Shown in pieces: positions 30,982-39,748 of a DNA stretch of 64,000 nucleotides (positions within the stretch are counted from its first letter, which is position 1; each line of letters begins with the position of its first letter). Both the position numbers and the translations under genes were made by a program. The stretch spans positions 51,125-115,124 of the forward strand of contig JALHMH010000014.1 of the NCBI GenBank assembly GCA_022844165.1, in the 5' to 3' direction. The notes under the pieces were generated by a model. That model was not told the DNA's origin. It saw only the letters and a program-made list of their open reading frames with translations, and searched no databases. This DNA comes from Lysobacterales bacterium (GTDB lineage Bacteria > Pseudomonadota > Gammaproteobacteria > Xanthomonadales > SZUA-5).

Positions 30982-31053
30982 TGAACGCGAGTCCTGCAGT
31001 TCAATGAACACGTGCCCAAGTTTGCGTGAACAGGGGCCGGCATTCTCATGAAC
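30982..31053 (-). promoter_or_regulatory. Four phased TGAAC/GTTCA direct repeats, candidate response-regulator binding sites
   Basis: TGAAC starts at 30982, 31005, 31027 and 31049 (spacing 23, 22, 22). Confidence 0.5.
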
Positions 31054-31064
31054 TGAAAATGACA

Positions 31065-31187
31065 AATGGCTAATGGCTAATGGTTAATGGCTAATGGCTA
31101 ATGGCTAATGGCTAATGGCTAATGGCTAATGGCTAATGGCTAATGGCTAATGGCTAATGGCTAATGGCTAATGGCTAATGGCTAATG
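31065..31187. repeat. Heptamer tandem repeat (AATGGCT)x17 plus partial unit
   Basis: Direct reading; unit 3 is the variant AATGGTT; preceded by degenerate AAATGAC. Confidence 0.98.
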
Positions 31188-31265
31188 AGGACTTGCCTTA
31201 GGCCGCCGAGCCCTACTGGCTTCGTTCCACAGCGAATTTTCCGCAGCCCTGCGTTTCGCGCTTGC
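31187..31265 (+). repeat. Degenerate 5' half of the dispersed structured element
   Basis: GAGGACTTGCCTTAGGCCGCCGAGCCCTACTGGCTTCGTTCCACAGCGAATTTTCCGCAGCCCTGCG aligns colinearly with the copy at 57759. Confidence 0.65.
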
Positions 31266-31283
31266 GTCTGCTCACGTCGCGCT

Positions 31284-32426
31284 TCACTGCAGCGCCTGCT
31301 CGATGAGCTGCATCCAATCGTCCAATGCGTCGGTACGGGTGCCCTGTGCCCGCAACAACCGTGCTGCGCCGTTGGCAAATCGCAGGCGCAGCGCCGCATC
31401 ACGCAGACGCATGAGTGCATCGTAAAGCGCTTGCGAATCGCCCTCGTGGACGCTCAGGCCGGCATCGTAGGTGCGAATCAACCTTGAGACTTCGCCATTG
31501 GCCGCGCCGCAAAACAGGATGGGTCGGTGCGCCATTGCGATGCCGTATAGCTTGCTCGGCAAAATCAGACCATCGAACCGCGCTTGAAGGCTGACGAAAT
31601 GCACATCGCTTGCGGCAAGGACGCTCGCCAGATGTTCGCCGGGAACGGGGCCGGAAAACGAGAACCGATCACTCAAGCCATGTGCATGTACGCTGCGTTT
31701 GAGCGCTTGCAGGCGTGGGCCATCACCGGTAATCGAAAAACGGATGCAGTCTTCGGGTCGCAAACGTGCCGCAGCCGCAACCAGCGTATCGAACTCGTGC
31801 GCGCGCCCCAGATTGCCAGAGTAGCCGACGACAAGTCCATCGCGGGGAGGCGCTTCGGACGCCTGGGTGGTGTGCGTCGGCCAGTTGGGAATGGTCGCGA
31901 GTCGCGCGCCGCTCGGCAGCAGTCGCTCCGCCATTCCGTCAGAGATGACCACAGTGGCGAAGGTCCGTCGCAGCGCTCGATTACGCATGGCACGCAGAGG
32001 CCAGAGCGCTGCTCGCGACCAAGGCCAATAGGCAGTAAGCACCTCGGGATAGACGTCCTGACTCCAGTGGATGACATTGGCCCCCAATCGGCGAGCCAAT
32101 GCGACGACCAACAGGTAAAACAGCGGCGGGTCGCTGCTGACGACGACCACATCTCCCCGTGCGACGCGAGCGCGCAATACGCTCAGCGTCTTTCGCGCGT
32201 AACGTGGCCATGCCGTGGCTTTTTCGGTGAGGCGTGTGGGTGTGCTCCCGATGCGCTCGATGACTTCGATATACGGTGCCTCGCTACCCTCTGGTGCGGT
32301 GGACCGGCACAGCGCTGTGACTTCTAAACCCCGTGCGGTGAGCGCTTGCGCCAGTTGCGCCATGAGCACGCCGGTGGGCGCAACGTGCGGCGGCAGCCAC
32401 TGATTGATCAACCAGACTCGTTTCAT
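31284..32426 (-). CDS. Glycosyltransferase family 4 (WcaI/WbuB-like)
   Basis: INQW.PP..APTG, SDPP, QDVYPE, YSGNLGRAH, PSKLYG; ATG overlaps the mutL stop. Confidence 0.88.
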   Translation of the reverse strand: MKRVWLINQWLPPHVAPTGVLMAQLAQALTARGLEVTALCRSTAPEGSEAPYIEVIERIGSTPTRLTEKATAWPRYARKTLSVLRARVARGDVVVVSSDPPLFYLLVVALARRLGANVIHWSQDVYPEVLTAYWPWSRAALWPLRAMRNRALRRTFATVVISDGMAERLLPSGARLATIPNWPTHTTQASEAPPRDGLVVGYSGNLGRAHEFDTLVAAAARLRPEDCIRFSITGDGPRLQALKRSVHAHGLSDRFSFSGPVPGEHLASVLAASDVHFVSLQARFDGLILPSKLYGIAMAHRPILFCGAANGEVSRLIRTYDAGLSVHEGDSQALYDALMRLRDAALRLRFANGAARLLRAQGTRTDALDDWMQLIEQALQ

Positions 32427-34204
32427 CGGCCGCGCAAGAACAAACGATCGAGCGCGGCTTTGTCGAGCTGCACCCACGTGGGTCGACCGTGATTGCATTG
32501 GCCGCTGCGTTCGGTGGCCTCCATGTCGCGCAGCAGCGCGTTCATTTCAGGCACTGAGAGTCTGCGATTGGCGCGGACCGAAGCGTGGCAGGCCAGGGTG
32601 CTCAGTAGTTCGTTCTGGCGTTCTTCGATCCGCTGGCTGCTGCCGTGCGCCATCAAATCGCTGAGCACATCGCGCAGCAGCGCCTCGATGTCCAGATCGG
32701 CGAGCGCGCTTGGCACGCGCGTGACGGTCATTGCCTCAGGGCCGCTCTGGCGAACATCGAATCCGAGTTGATCGAAGTACTGGCGAGCACCATCGGCGCG
32801 TTCGGCCTCCCGAGCCGACACTGCAATCGTGATGGGAACCAACAGCGCCTGGCTGTGCTGTTGGCGCGTCGCTTTCAGGCGCTCATAGGTAATGCGCTCG
32901 TGCGCCGCATGCATATCCACCAGCACCAGGCCATCGGCATTTTCGGCCAGTACGAAAATGCCGTGCAGTTGTGCCAACGCAAATCCGAGCGGCGGCATGC
33001 TCGGTGGTGCGGATGCGCGCGCTGCGTAGACCGCATTTGGTTCGGCGATCGAAGCTCCCCCTGGAGGGGCACGATACAACTCGGTCAGCGCATAGGTCTG
33101 AGCCGCGACGGCGGTTTGCGAGGGCGCGTTTGTCAGCGGCAACTGGAACGTGTCGGGCATGGGCGCGCGTGTATCCATCTTGACGAGCGCCGGCGCCACC
33201 GCCCCGGCGCGCGCATCTGCCAGAGCCGTGTGCAACGAACGATAGATCATATCGTGCACGATTCGACCATCGCGAAAACGTACCTCGTGTTTTGCCGGAT
33301 GTACATTGACATCCACGCGCGTTGGGTCGATCTCCAGATACAACACAAAACTTGGATGCCGTCCATGAAACAGCACATCGGCGTACGCTTGACGAACCGC
33401 GTGCGCAACCAGGCGGTCTTTAACCAGTCGGCCATTGACGAAGAAATACTGCTGGTCGGCTTGTGAGCGCGCATCGGTTGGCAGGCCGACCCAGCCATGC
33501 AAGTGTGCATCGGTGGTTTGTGCGTTTATTGCGATCGCGCGTTCCGCCAATTCCGGCCCGACGACGCTGCGGAGGCGATTTCTCAGGCCCTTGTCGTCGT
33601 TGGCTGCCGCCGCACTGAGGATGGTTCTACCGTTGTGGTTCAGCTCAAAGCGTACAGCCGGTCTTGCCAGTGCCAGCGCGTTAATCCAATCCTGGATGTG
33701 ACCGAACTCAGTTTTTTCAGCCCGTAGAAACTTGCGCCGGGCGGGAACGTTGTAGAACAAGTCCCATGCCTCGACGCGCGTTCCTGTACGCATCGCTTCG
33801 GCCTTCGGTTGGCTGATCTGCCCCGCTGCCGCGTCTATGCGAAAACCGTGGTCTTGCGTGTGCCGACGTGAGGCCAGCGATAATCGTGAAACGGAGGCGA
33901 TACTCGGCAGCGCTTCACCGCGAAAGCCCAGGCTCGCGACGTGCTCCAGATCATCCAGTGACGCGATTTTGCTGGTCGCATGACGTTGCAGCGCCAGGAC
34001 CAGTTCCTCACCGGAGATCCCGACACCATCGTCGCTCACGCGCACCAGTTTGGCGCCACCGGACTCAATATCGATGACCACCGATTGCGCGCCGGCATCC
34101 AGCGCATTTTCGACCAGTTCTTTAACCACCGACGCGGGGCGTTCGATGACCTCGCCAGCGGCGATTTGATTGATCAAATGATCAGAGAGAATTTGTATGG
34201 GCAC
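32423..34204 (-). CDS. mutL: DNA mismatch repair protein MutL
   Basis: NQIAAGEVIERPASVVKEL.ENALDAG, GFRGEALPSI, DVNVHPAK.EV, DMHAAHERI, CNHGRPT. Confidence 0.97.
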   Translation of the reverse strand: MPIQILSDHLINQIAAGEVIERPASVVKELVENALDAGAQSVVIDIESGGAKLVRVSDDGVGISGEELVLALQRHATSKIASLDDLEHVASLGFRGEALPSIASVSRLSLASRRHTQDHGFRIDAAAGQISQPKAEAMRTGTRVEAWDLFYNVPARRKFLRAEKTEFGHIQDWINALALARPAVRFELNHNGRTILSAAAANDDKGLRNRLRSVVGPELAERAIAINAQTTDAHLHGWVGLPTDARSQADQQYFFVNGRLVKDRLVAHAVRQAYADVLFHGRHPSFVLYLEIDPTRVDVNVHPAKHEVRFRDGRIVHDMIYRSLHTALADARAGAVAPALVKMDTRAPMPDTFQLPLTNAPSQTAVAAQTYALTELYRAPPGGASIAEPNAVYAARASAPPSMPPLGFALAQLHGIFVLAENADGLVLVDMHAAHERITYERLKATRQQHSQALLVPITIAVSAREAERADGARQYFDQLGFDVRQSGPEAMTVTRVPSALADLDIEALLRDVLSDLMAHGSSQRIEERQNELLSTLACHASVRANRRLSVPEMNALLRDMEATERSGQCNHGRPTWVQLDKAALDRLFLRGR

Positions 34205-34264
34205 GCTGAGGATGGCTGACGGATTGCGAGTGAAGCGGTGGCGTGCTGGTGGTCGCGAGCCTCA

Positions 34265-35155
34265 TCAGGACCAGCCAACCAGAACGACAATGGCGAAAAA
34301 CGTCAGCCAGACGATCAACAATCGCCACAACAAACGCCGCGCTTCCTCGACCGCGGTATCGGCGATCACGCTGCCGTCGCTGGCAATGAATTCTTGATCG
34401 TCGATATCGACACAGGCTCGAGCCGTCGCGCTCAGAAAACCCAGATCCAGATGCAAGAAGCCGTGGCCATGGGTGTCATGATGCGCTCGCCAGGCTTTGG
34501 CGACCGCGTCGAAATCCGACGCAAGTGCCAGTGCCAGCGTCATTAATTGCGCTGGCAACCAGGCCAATGCGGCATGCAGTCGATCTGCAATGTCGGCTTG
34601 ATTGGTTGGCAGGCTGACGCGCAGGTCCGGCGACTGCGCCAATAGTTGTACCAGGCGATAGCCCAAAGCGCCGACAGGGCCGAACACGACGAACCAAAAC
34701 ATCGGCGCGAACCACCGCGTCATTCCTGCGCCGAATGCGGCATCGACCAATTGCCCGCTGCTGGCATCGTCGCCGCTCGGATGCTCATTCCCAGTCAGCG
34801 CAGCCAGCGCTGCGGCGCGGTCGCTCGCCGTTCCTGCTCTGGCAGCTCGGTCCGTATCGACATCAAGGTCGCGGGGGCCCCAGGCAAGAAACAGCACAGC
34901 GACACCGAAAATGAAATCGAGCAAACCGTGCAACGGTGCGTTGAGTACTGTGTCGATCAGCGCCAGAGTGACCAAGAGCGGTAGCAACAGTATCGTCAGA
35001 CCGAGTTCCGATTGCCAAAGCCCATTGGCCGCCAGCCGCTCGTTCAGCCAGGCAACGTAGCCACGCAACCAGACGAAGTCGCGCAGACGCGAGAGGTCCG
35101 GGGCCAGCCAGCCGATGGCGACGACAATCAGGATGGCAAGGAGCGAAAGAGTCAT
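34265..35155 (-). CDS. AmpE/CobD-like membrane protein
   Basis: Multi-TM; WGPRDLD.D, RWFAPMFWF...GP.GAL.YR, WLPAQLM...ALA.DFD. Confidence 0.7.
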   Translation of the reverse strand: MTLSLLAILIVVAIGWLAPDLSRLRDFVWLRGYVAWLNERLAANGLWQSELGLTILLLPLLVTLALIDTVLNAPLHGLLDFIFGVAVLFLAWGPRDLDVDTDRAARAGTASDRAAALAALTGNEHPSGDDASSGQLVDAAFGAGMTRWFAPMFWFVVFGPVGALGYRLVQLLAQSPDLRVSLPTNQADIADRLHAALAWLPAQLMTLALALASDFDAVAKAWRAHHDTHGHGFLHLDLGFLSATARACVDIDDQEFIASDGSVIADTAVEEARRLLWRLLIVWLTFFAIVVLVGWS

Positions 35156-35284
35156 TGCAGGCAGGCACGAGGTAAGTGTCGCCAGTATTTCATAGTCGCT
35201 GGTCGAGGACGCCGATTGCCAGAATTTATCGCTGCAGTCGAACGGCCGCAAGGCGCAGGCCGTTGCGGCGGATCCGGTGCACGG

Positions 35285-36961
35285 TCAGTCCGGCTTTGCG
35301 TCCCTGAGTTCACGGCGCAGGATCTTGCCGACATTCGTTTTTGGCAATTCGCTACGAAACTCAATGATTTTGGGCTGTTTGTATCCCGTAAGCTGATCCC
35401 GGCAATGTGCTTTCACATCTTCAACCGTCAGGTTCTGATCGCGCTTGACGATCACCAGCTTGACCGCCTCGCCACTTTTCTCGTCTGGAACACCAACGGC
35501 GGCTACTTCGAGAACGCCGGGCATCATCGCGACAACGTCTTCGATCTCATTCGGGTACACGTTGAAGCCGGACACCAGAATCATGTCCTTCTTGCGGTCG
35601 ACAATATAAAAGTAGCCGCGTTCGTCCATCTTGCCGATGTCGCCTGTTCGCAGCCAGCCGTCGGCCGTGATCGTCTTGGCTGTTTCTTCCGGACGTTGCC
35701 AGTAGCCTTTCATCACCTGAGGCCCGCGGATGCAAATCTCGCCGATATCGCCTTGGGCGAGCAACTTTCCGTCATCGTCTTGAATGGATAGTTCCGTGCT
35801 GGGTGCAGGCACGCCGATCGATGCGGTGAACTCCCGGGTATCAGGGCGATTGACTGTCGCTACCGGTGAGCTTTCAGTCATGCCATAACCTTCAAACAAC
35901 GCACAGCCCGTGGTCTTTTGCCACTTCTCAGCCACTGCGCGTTGTACGGCCATGCCACCGCCCATCGATAGCTTGAGTGGTTTGAATTCCAGCTGATCGA
36001 AACCGGGTGTCGCCAGCAATCCGTTGAACAGTGTGTTGACGCCGGTGATGATCGTGAAGCGATATTTGCCCAGTTCCTTGACAAAGCCTGGCATGTCGCG
36101 CGGATTCGGAATCAAGACGTTGAGGCCGCCCACGTTCATGAATACAAGGCAGTTACAGGTCAGCGCGAAGATGTGATACAGCGGCAGCGCTGTAATGATG
36201 ATCTCCTCGCCTTCTTTGACAGAAGGACCGAACCAATGCTTCACCTGAAGCATGTTCGCCACCATATTGCGTTGCGTCAGCATCGCGCCTTTCGACACAC
36301 CCGTTGTGCCACCGGTGTACTGAAGAAACGCAAGGTCCTCGGGGCCGATGTCAGTGCTTGGAATCTTCTGATTGGCGCCCTGTTTCAGTGCGTCGTTGAA
36401 CTTGACAGCACCTGGCAGATTGAAGGCTGGAATCGCCTTCTTTTGATACTTGACGACGAAATTGACGATCAGCGACTTCGGAAACCCAAGCATATCGCCC
36501 ACGCACGTGGTGATCACTTGTTTGATCTTGGTTTCTTTGACGACTTCCTCGAGCGTCTTGGCGAAATTTTCCAGAACGACAATGGCCATCGCGCCAGAAT
36601 CATTGAGCTGATGCTTGAGCTCGCGCGCGGTATACAAGGGGTTGGTGTTGACGACCGTGCATCCGGCACGCAGGATGCCCAATAGCGCCACCGGATACTG
36701 AAGCACATTGGGAAGCATGATCGCCACCCGATCGCCCTTTTGTAGTCCGAGTTTGTTGCGTAAATAGCAGGCGAACTTCTGGCTCAGATCGTCCAATTCG
36801 CCGTAGCTGATCACCTTGTCCATGCACACAAAGGCCGGGCGGTGGCGATAACGCTCGAAGGCGCGCTGCATCACCGCGACAATTGACGCGAATTCACTGG
36901 TGTCGATGGTGGCCGGAGTGCCCGCCGGATACTGCGCCAACCATGGATGCCGATCGCTCAT
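35285..36961 (-). CDS. fadD: Long-chain fatty acid-CoA ligase
   Basis: LQYTGGTTGVSKGA, LPLYHIFAL, EGYGMTE, TGD, DRKKDMILVSGFNVYPNE, PKTNVGK. Confidence 0.92.
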   Translation of the reverse strand: MSDRHPWLAQYPAGTPATIDTSEFASIVAVMQRAFERYRHRPAFVCMDKVISYGELDDLSQKFACYLRNKLGLQKGDRVAIMLPNVLQYPVALLGILRAGCTVVNTNPLYTARELKHQLNDSGAMAIVVLENFAKTLEEVVKETKIKQVITTCVGDMLGFPKSLIVNFVVKYQKKAIPAFNLPGAVKFNDALKQGANQKIPSTDIGPEDLAFLQYTGGTTGVSKGAMLTQRNMVANMLQVKHWFGPSVKEGEEIIITALPLYHIFALTCNCLVFMNVGGLNVLIPNPRDMPGFVKELGKYRFTIITGVNTLFNGLLATPGFDQLEFKPLKLSMGGGMAVQRAVAEKWQKTTGCALFEGYGMTESSPVATVNRPDTREFTASIGVPAPSTELSIQDDDGKLLAQGDIGEICIRGPQVMKGYWQRPEETAKTITADGWLRTGDIGKMDERGYFYIVDRKKDMILVSGFNVYPNEIEDVVAMMPGVLEVAAVGVPDEKSGEAVKLVIVKRDQNLTVEDVKAHCRDQLTGYKQPKIIEFRSELPKTNVGKILRRELRDAKPD

Positions 36962-37036
36962 CGTCTTCCCTCCTTAAGATGATGTGTGCGGCAAGCGCCG
37001 CGTCGGTGCAAAATAGCCGCATTACCGGAGGATGTC

Positions 37037-37468
37037 ATGCGAAAGTGGTTTGGAAGTCTGGCTATCGCCCTGGCACTCGCCGGGTGCGCAAAGGACCCCT
37101 CGGAAGACGCGCTGTTGGCGGCAATCGACAGACTCGAGAGCGCGGGTGAAGCGCGCGACGTCGGCGCATTCATGGAAGGAGTTGCGGACGATTTTGCTGG
37201 CAATGGGACGGAACTCGACCAGACTGGTTTAGAACGCTATCTCCGGTTGTTGGCGTTGCGCCATCAAACGATTGGCGTGACGCGAATGGCGACCAAAGTC
37301 GACGTCACCGGTGAGCGCGCCGTGGTCACGATGCAGTTGTTGCTGACGGGTGGTGCCGGCGGGCTCTTGCCTGAGTCGGGTCAGTTGCTCGACACTGAGT
37401 CGACGTGGCGTTTTGTCGACGGCGATTGGCATCTGGCGGGCGCGCGCTGGAAACCGGCCGGTGGTTAG
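37037..37468 (+). CDS. NTF2-like lipoprotein
   Basis: Lipobox LAGC after a GGAGG RBS; NTF2-like W...DG.W ending. Confidence 0.7.
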   Translation: MRKWFGSLAIALALAGCAKDPSEDALLAAIDRLESAGEARDVGAFMEGVADDFAGNGTELDQTGLERYLRLLALRHQTIGVTRMATKVDVTGERAVVTMQLLLTGGAGGLLPESGQLLDTESTWRFVDGDWHLAGARWKPAGG

Positions 37469-37524
37469 CTCGCGACATTCGAAGTTGAACTGCTTCCTTC
37501 TTATTTTTGACCTGGTGAGTCTTT

Positions 37525-38352
37525 ATGTACGATCGACCGTCACGCGCAGCGGGCTCCAATCCTTGGCAACAAGCCGCACCCCGGACGACTGAAGCGCCAG
37601 GTTACGACCGCCGTGCGCAGCGTCAGCGTGAAGTTCGCATATTCGGTGTTGCTGCGTGCGTCGCGGTGGCAGAAGACCGATTCGAGGCGATTCGCAAAGT
37701 GCATGTCAATCGCCAGCGCGCCAACATGTTCGGCGATCTTCTGGCGCGTCTGGCTGCAACCCGGGTTGGGTACAACCTCGTCGAAGACGACGATCTGGAG
37801 CGCCTGACAGGGAGTCAACATCATGAAGGCATCGTTCTTGATCTGGAACGCAAAGCACAGCCGACACTGGCGACGCTCAAGAACGTCTGGCAGACGGCGC
37901 CACGTGCATTCGCGCTGGCCTTGGTCGGCGTCGGCAATCCGCATAACCTCGGTGCGATCCTTCGTAGCGCCGTGCATTTTGGCGCCAGCGCGGTGCTGAT
38001 GCAGCGTACACATGCAATCCCGCTATCGGGAGCGGTGTATCGAGTTGCCGAGGGCGCCGCGGAACGCGTCGCGGTGAGTCTGTTCGACAGTTTCGCGGAT
38101 CTGCAGATACCGGGCATGCCACTGTTGGCGACCACGGTCAATGGGGAACGCTCCCTGTTTGCCGAACACATGCCCCAAAAGTCGGTCGTCATGATTGGCG
38201 CCGAAGGCCCCGGCTTATCTGCCGAGGTTGCTGCGCTTGCCAGCACGCGGTTGTCGATCCCCGGCACCGGCCGCGTCGACAGTCTGAACGTTGGCCAGGC
38301 CGCAACCCTGGTGATGGCCGAATGGTGGCGATCGGTACGCGAAAAGCGCTAA
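37525..38352 (+). CDS. TrmH/SpoU family RNA methyltransferase (YfiF-like)
   Basis: HHEGI, GNPHNLGAILRS, GAEGPGL, IPGTG.VDSLNV. Confidence 0.9.
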   Translation: MYDRPSRAAGSNPWQQAAPRTTEAPGYDRRAQRQREVRIFGVAACVAVAEDRFEAIRKVHVNRQRANMFGDLLARLAATRVGYNLVEDDDLERLTGSQHHEGIVLDLERKAQPTLATLKNVWQTAPRAFALALVGVGNPHNLGAILRSAVHFGASAVLMQRTHAIPLSGAVYRVAEGAAERVAVSLFDSFADLQIPGMPLLATTVNGERSLFAEHMPQKSVVMIGAEGPGLSAEVAALASTRLSIPGTGRVDSLNVGQAATLVMAEWWRSVREKR

Positions 38353-38438
38353 CAAACGACTGAGCAGAATTTCCGTCGGATTTCGGTATGAGGCAAGCGG
38401 AAGAAGTCAGCTGGCCTGACCGTGGTTCGTCTGAGCAC

Positions 38439-39674
38439 CTACTCAAAGCCGTTGCCGAACAGTTCGCGGAATTCGAACTGCATTTCGCCGGGCGAGCCGG
38501 GTGTGAACAGACGCAACGTATGACCTGAAATCTGTTCGGGCGGACGGTTGGCCTCGAACCAAAAACTGTACATCGTGCCCCAGCGGATCGCATTGCCGTT
38601 CGACGGCGACGCTGTAAAGACCGGCGCTTGCCACTGGATCAGGTTTCCGTTCGTGGTGACGGGCCAGTCTGCTGTGTCATACGGTTCGTTCGAGTGCGAA
38701 TTGACATCGCGAAAACCGATGTTGGAGAAGATCGTTGCGCCTGCGAAGTTGATGCCGAGGCGATCAGCGCTGCGATCCGAATTGAGATTGTGCACAGCGT
38801 ATTCATAGCGCCAAAGCGTGCCGGGAGTGACCTCAATGACTTTGCGCGCCACATGAAAGCGTTGCACGATGGCGCCCGGCACGTCGACATTGACCAGCTG
38901 GACCGTGGGATCGATCGCCTGCCAGCCTTGAATTGCCGCGCGTTGACGCACGGTCGTTCCTTGGACGAGTAGATTGAACTCGGTTCCGCTGACGAGGACT
39001 TCGCGATACGAAGCATTGTTCAACGCATTGCCGCTCGCAGCATCATCCGGCGCCACGTAGTGGCCTTCCACGAAATAACGCGCTCCGCCATTCAACGCCG
39101 GATCGACGTCGACCTCGGCCACTGCCATGCGTTGATTCCAAGCCTGAGCGGTCGAGCCGCCGCCGCCGATCGGATGTGGAAAAACGCCAGTGGTGGCATT
39201 GACTTCTGACCGTCGACCTAGCGGGCGAGAGCCATTGAGACCGGATCCATACGGATCAGTGCAGCCAACCCCCAGTTGATTGCCTCCCAGTGGTGGCGCC
39301 TGGCAGCTACCCGTGCCGCATCCCGATTGCGAAGAGTTGGTCGAGACAAAGCCGTGTTTGAGCCAGCTGGCGCCGATCTGCTCGAAACGATCGTTCTTGA
39401 GGCGATAAACGTTCTGGGCAATCACCGGGTGATCGGCAGAGGTCGTACCCAGGCCGCAGCCCCCCGCGTTGTCGCACCAATTCAACGGCTGCGTGCCGAT
39501 GTTGCAGGACACTGTGCCCACGGAATACCCGCGGATACCACCGGCTGCCCCGTAGTTACCGACGCTGCTCAGAGTAAAAACAGTGACATCGGGGCCACTC
39601 TGAGCGCTGGCAATCCCCCCTGCGAAACACCAAAGTAGCAAGCTCCAGCGGTACCAACGTGTTGCAGCGTTCAT
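38439..39674 (-). CDS. Secreted Cys-rich protein of unknown function with C-terminal LFGNGFE motif
   Basis: Signal peptide ending ASA-Q; six Cys in the mature N-terminal half; HPVIAQN.YRL, WLKHGF, GC.DPY; GGGAGA RBS. Confidence 0.75.
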   Translation of the reverse strand: MNAATRWYRWSLLLWCFAGGIASAQSGPDVTVFTLSSVGNYGAAGGIRGYSVGTVSCNIGTQPLNWCDNAGGCGLGTTSADHPVIAQNVYRLKNDRFEQIGASWLKHGFVSTNSSQSGCGTGSCQAPPLGGNQLGVGCTDPYGSGLNGSRPLGRRSEVNATTGVFPHPIGGGGSTAQAWNQRMAVAEVDVDPALNGGARYFVEGHYVAPDDAASGNALNNASYREVLVSGTEFNLLVQGTTVRQRAAIQGWQAIDPTVQLVNVDVPGAIVQRFHVARKVIEVTPGTLWRYEYAVHNLNSDRSADRLGINFAGATIFSNIGFRDVNSHSNEPYDTADWPVTTNGNLIQWQAPVFTASPSNGNAIRWGTMYSFWFEANRPPEQISGHTLRLFTPGSPGEMQFEFRELFGNGFE

Positions 39675-39748
39675 AAGTTCTCCCCCGGGAGAGCAGCATT
39701 GTCGCCGAACGCAAGATTGGTCGCCAGTGTGATATGTCATAAACACCT

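Noticed and set aside
31065-31187. Heptamer array as a CRISPR array or coding repeat
   Set aside because: No spacers and no cas genes; stops occur every 21 nt in all frames on both strands.
38355-38436. Possible very decayed element remnant (reverse complement TCCGACGGAAATTCTGCTCA), and a similar CTCCGCAGAAAATTTGG near 60454
   Set aside because: Only about 15-20 nt of partial similarity to the 3' module; cannot be separated from chance without a model search.
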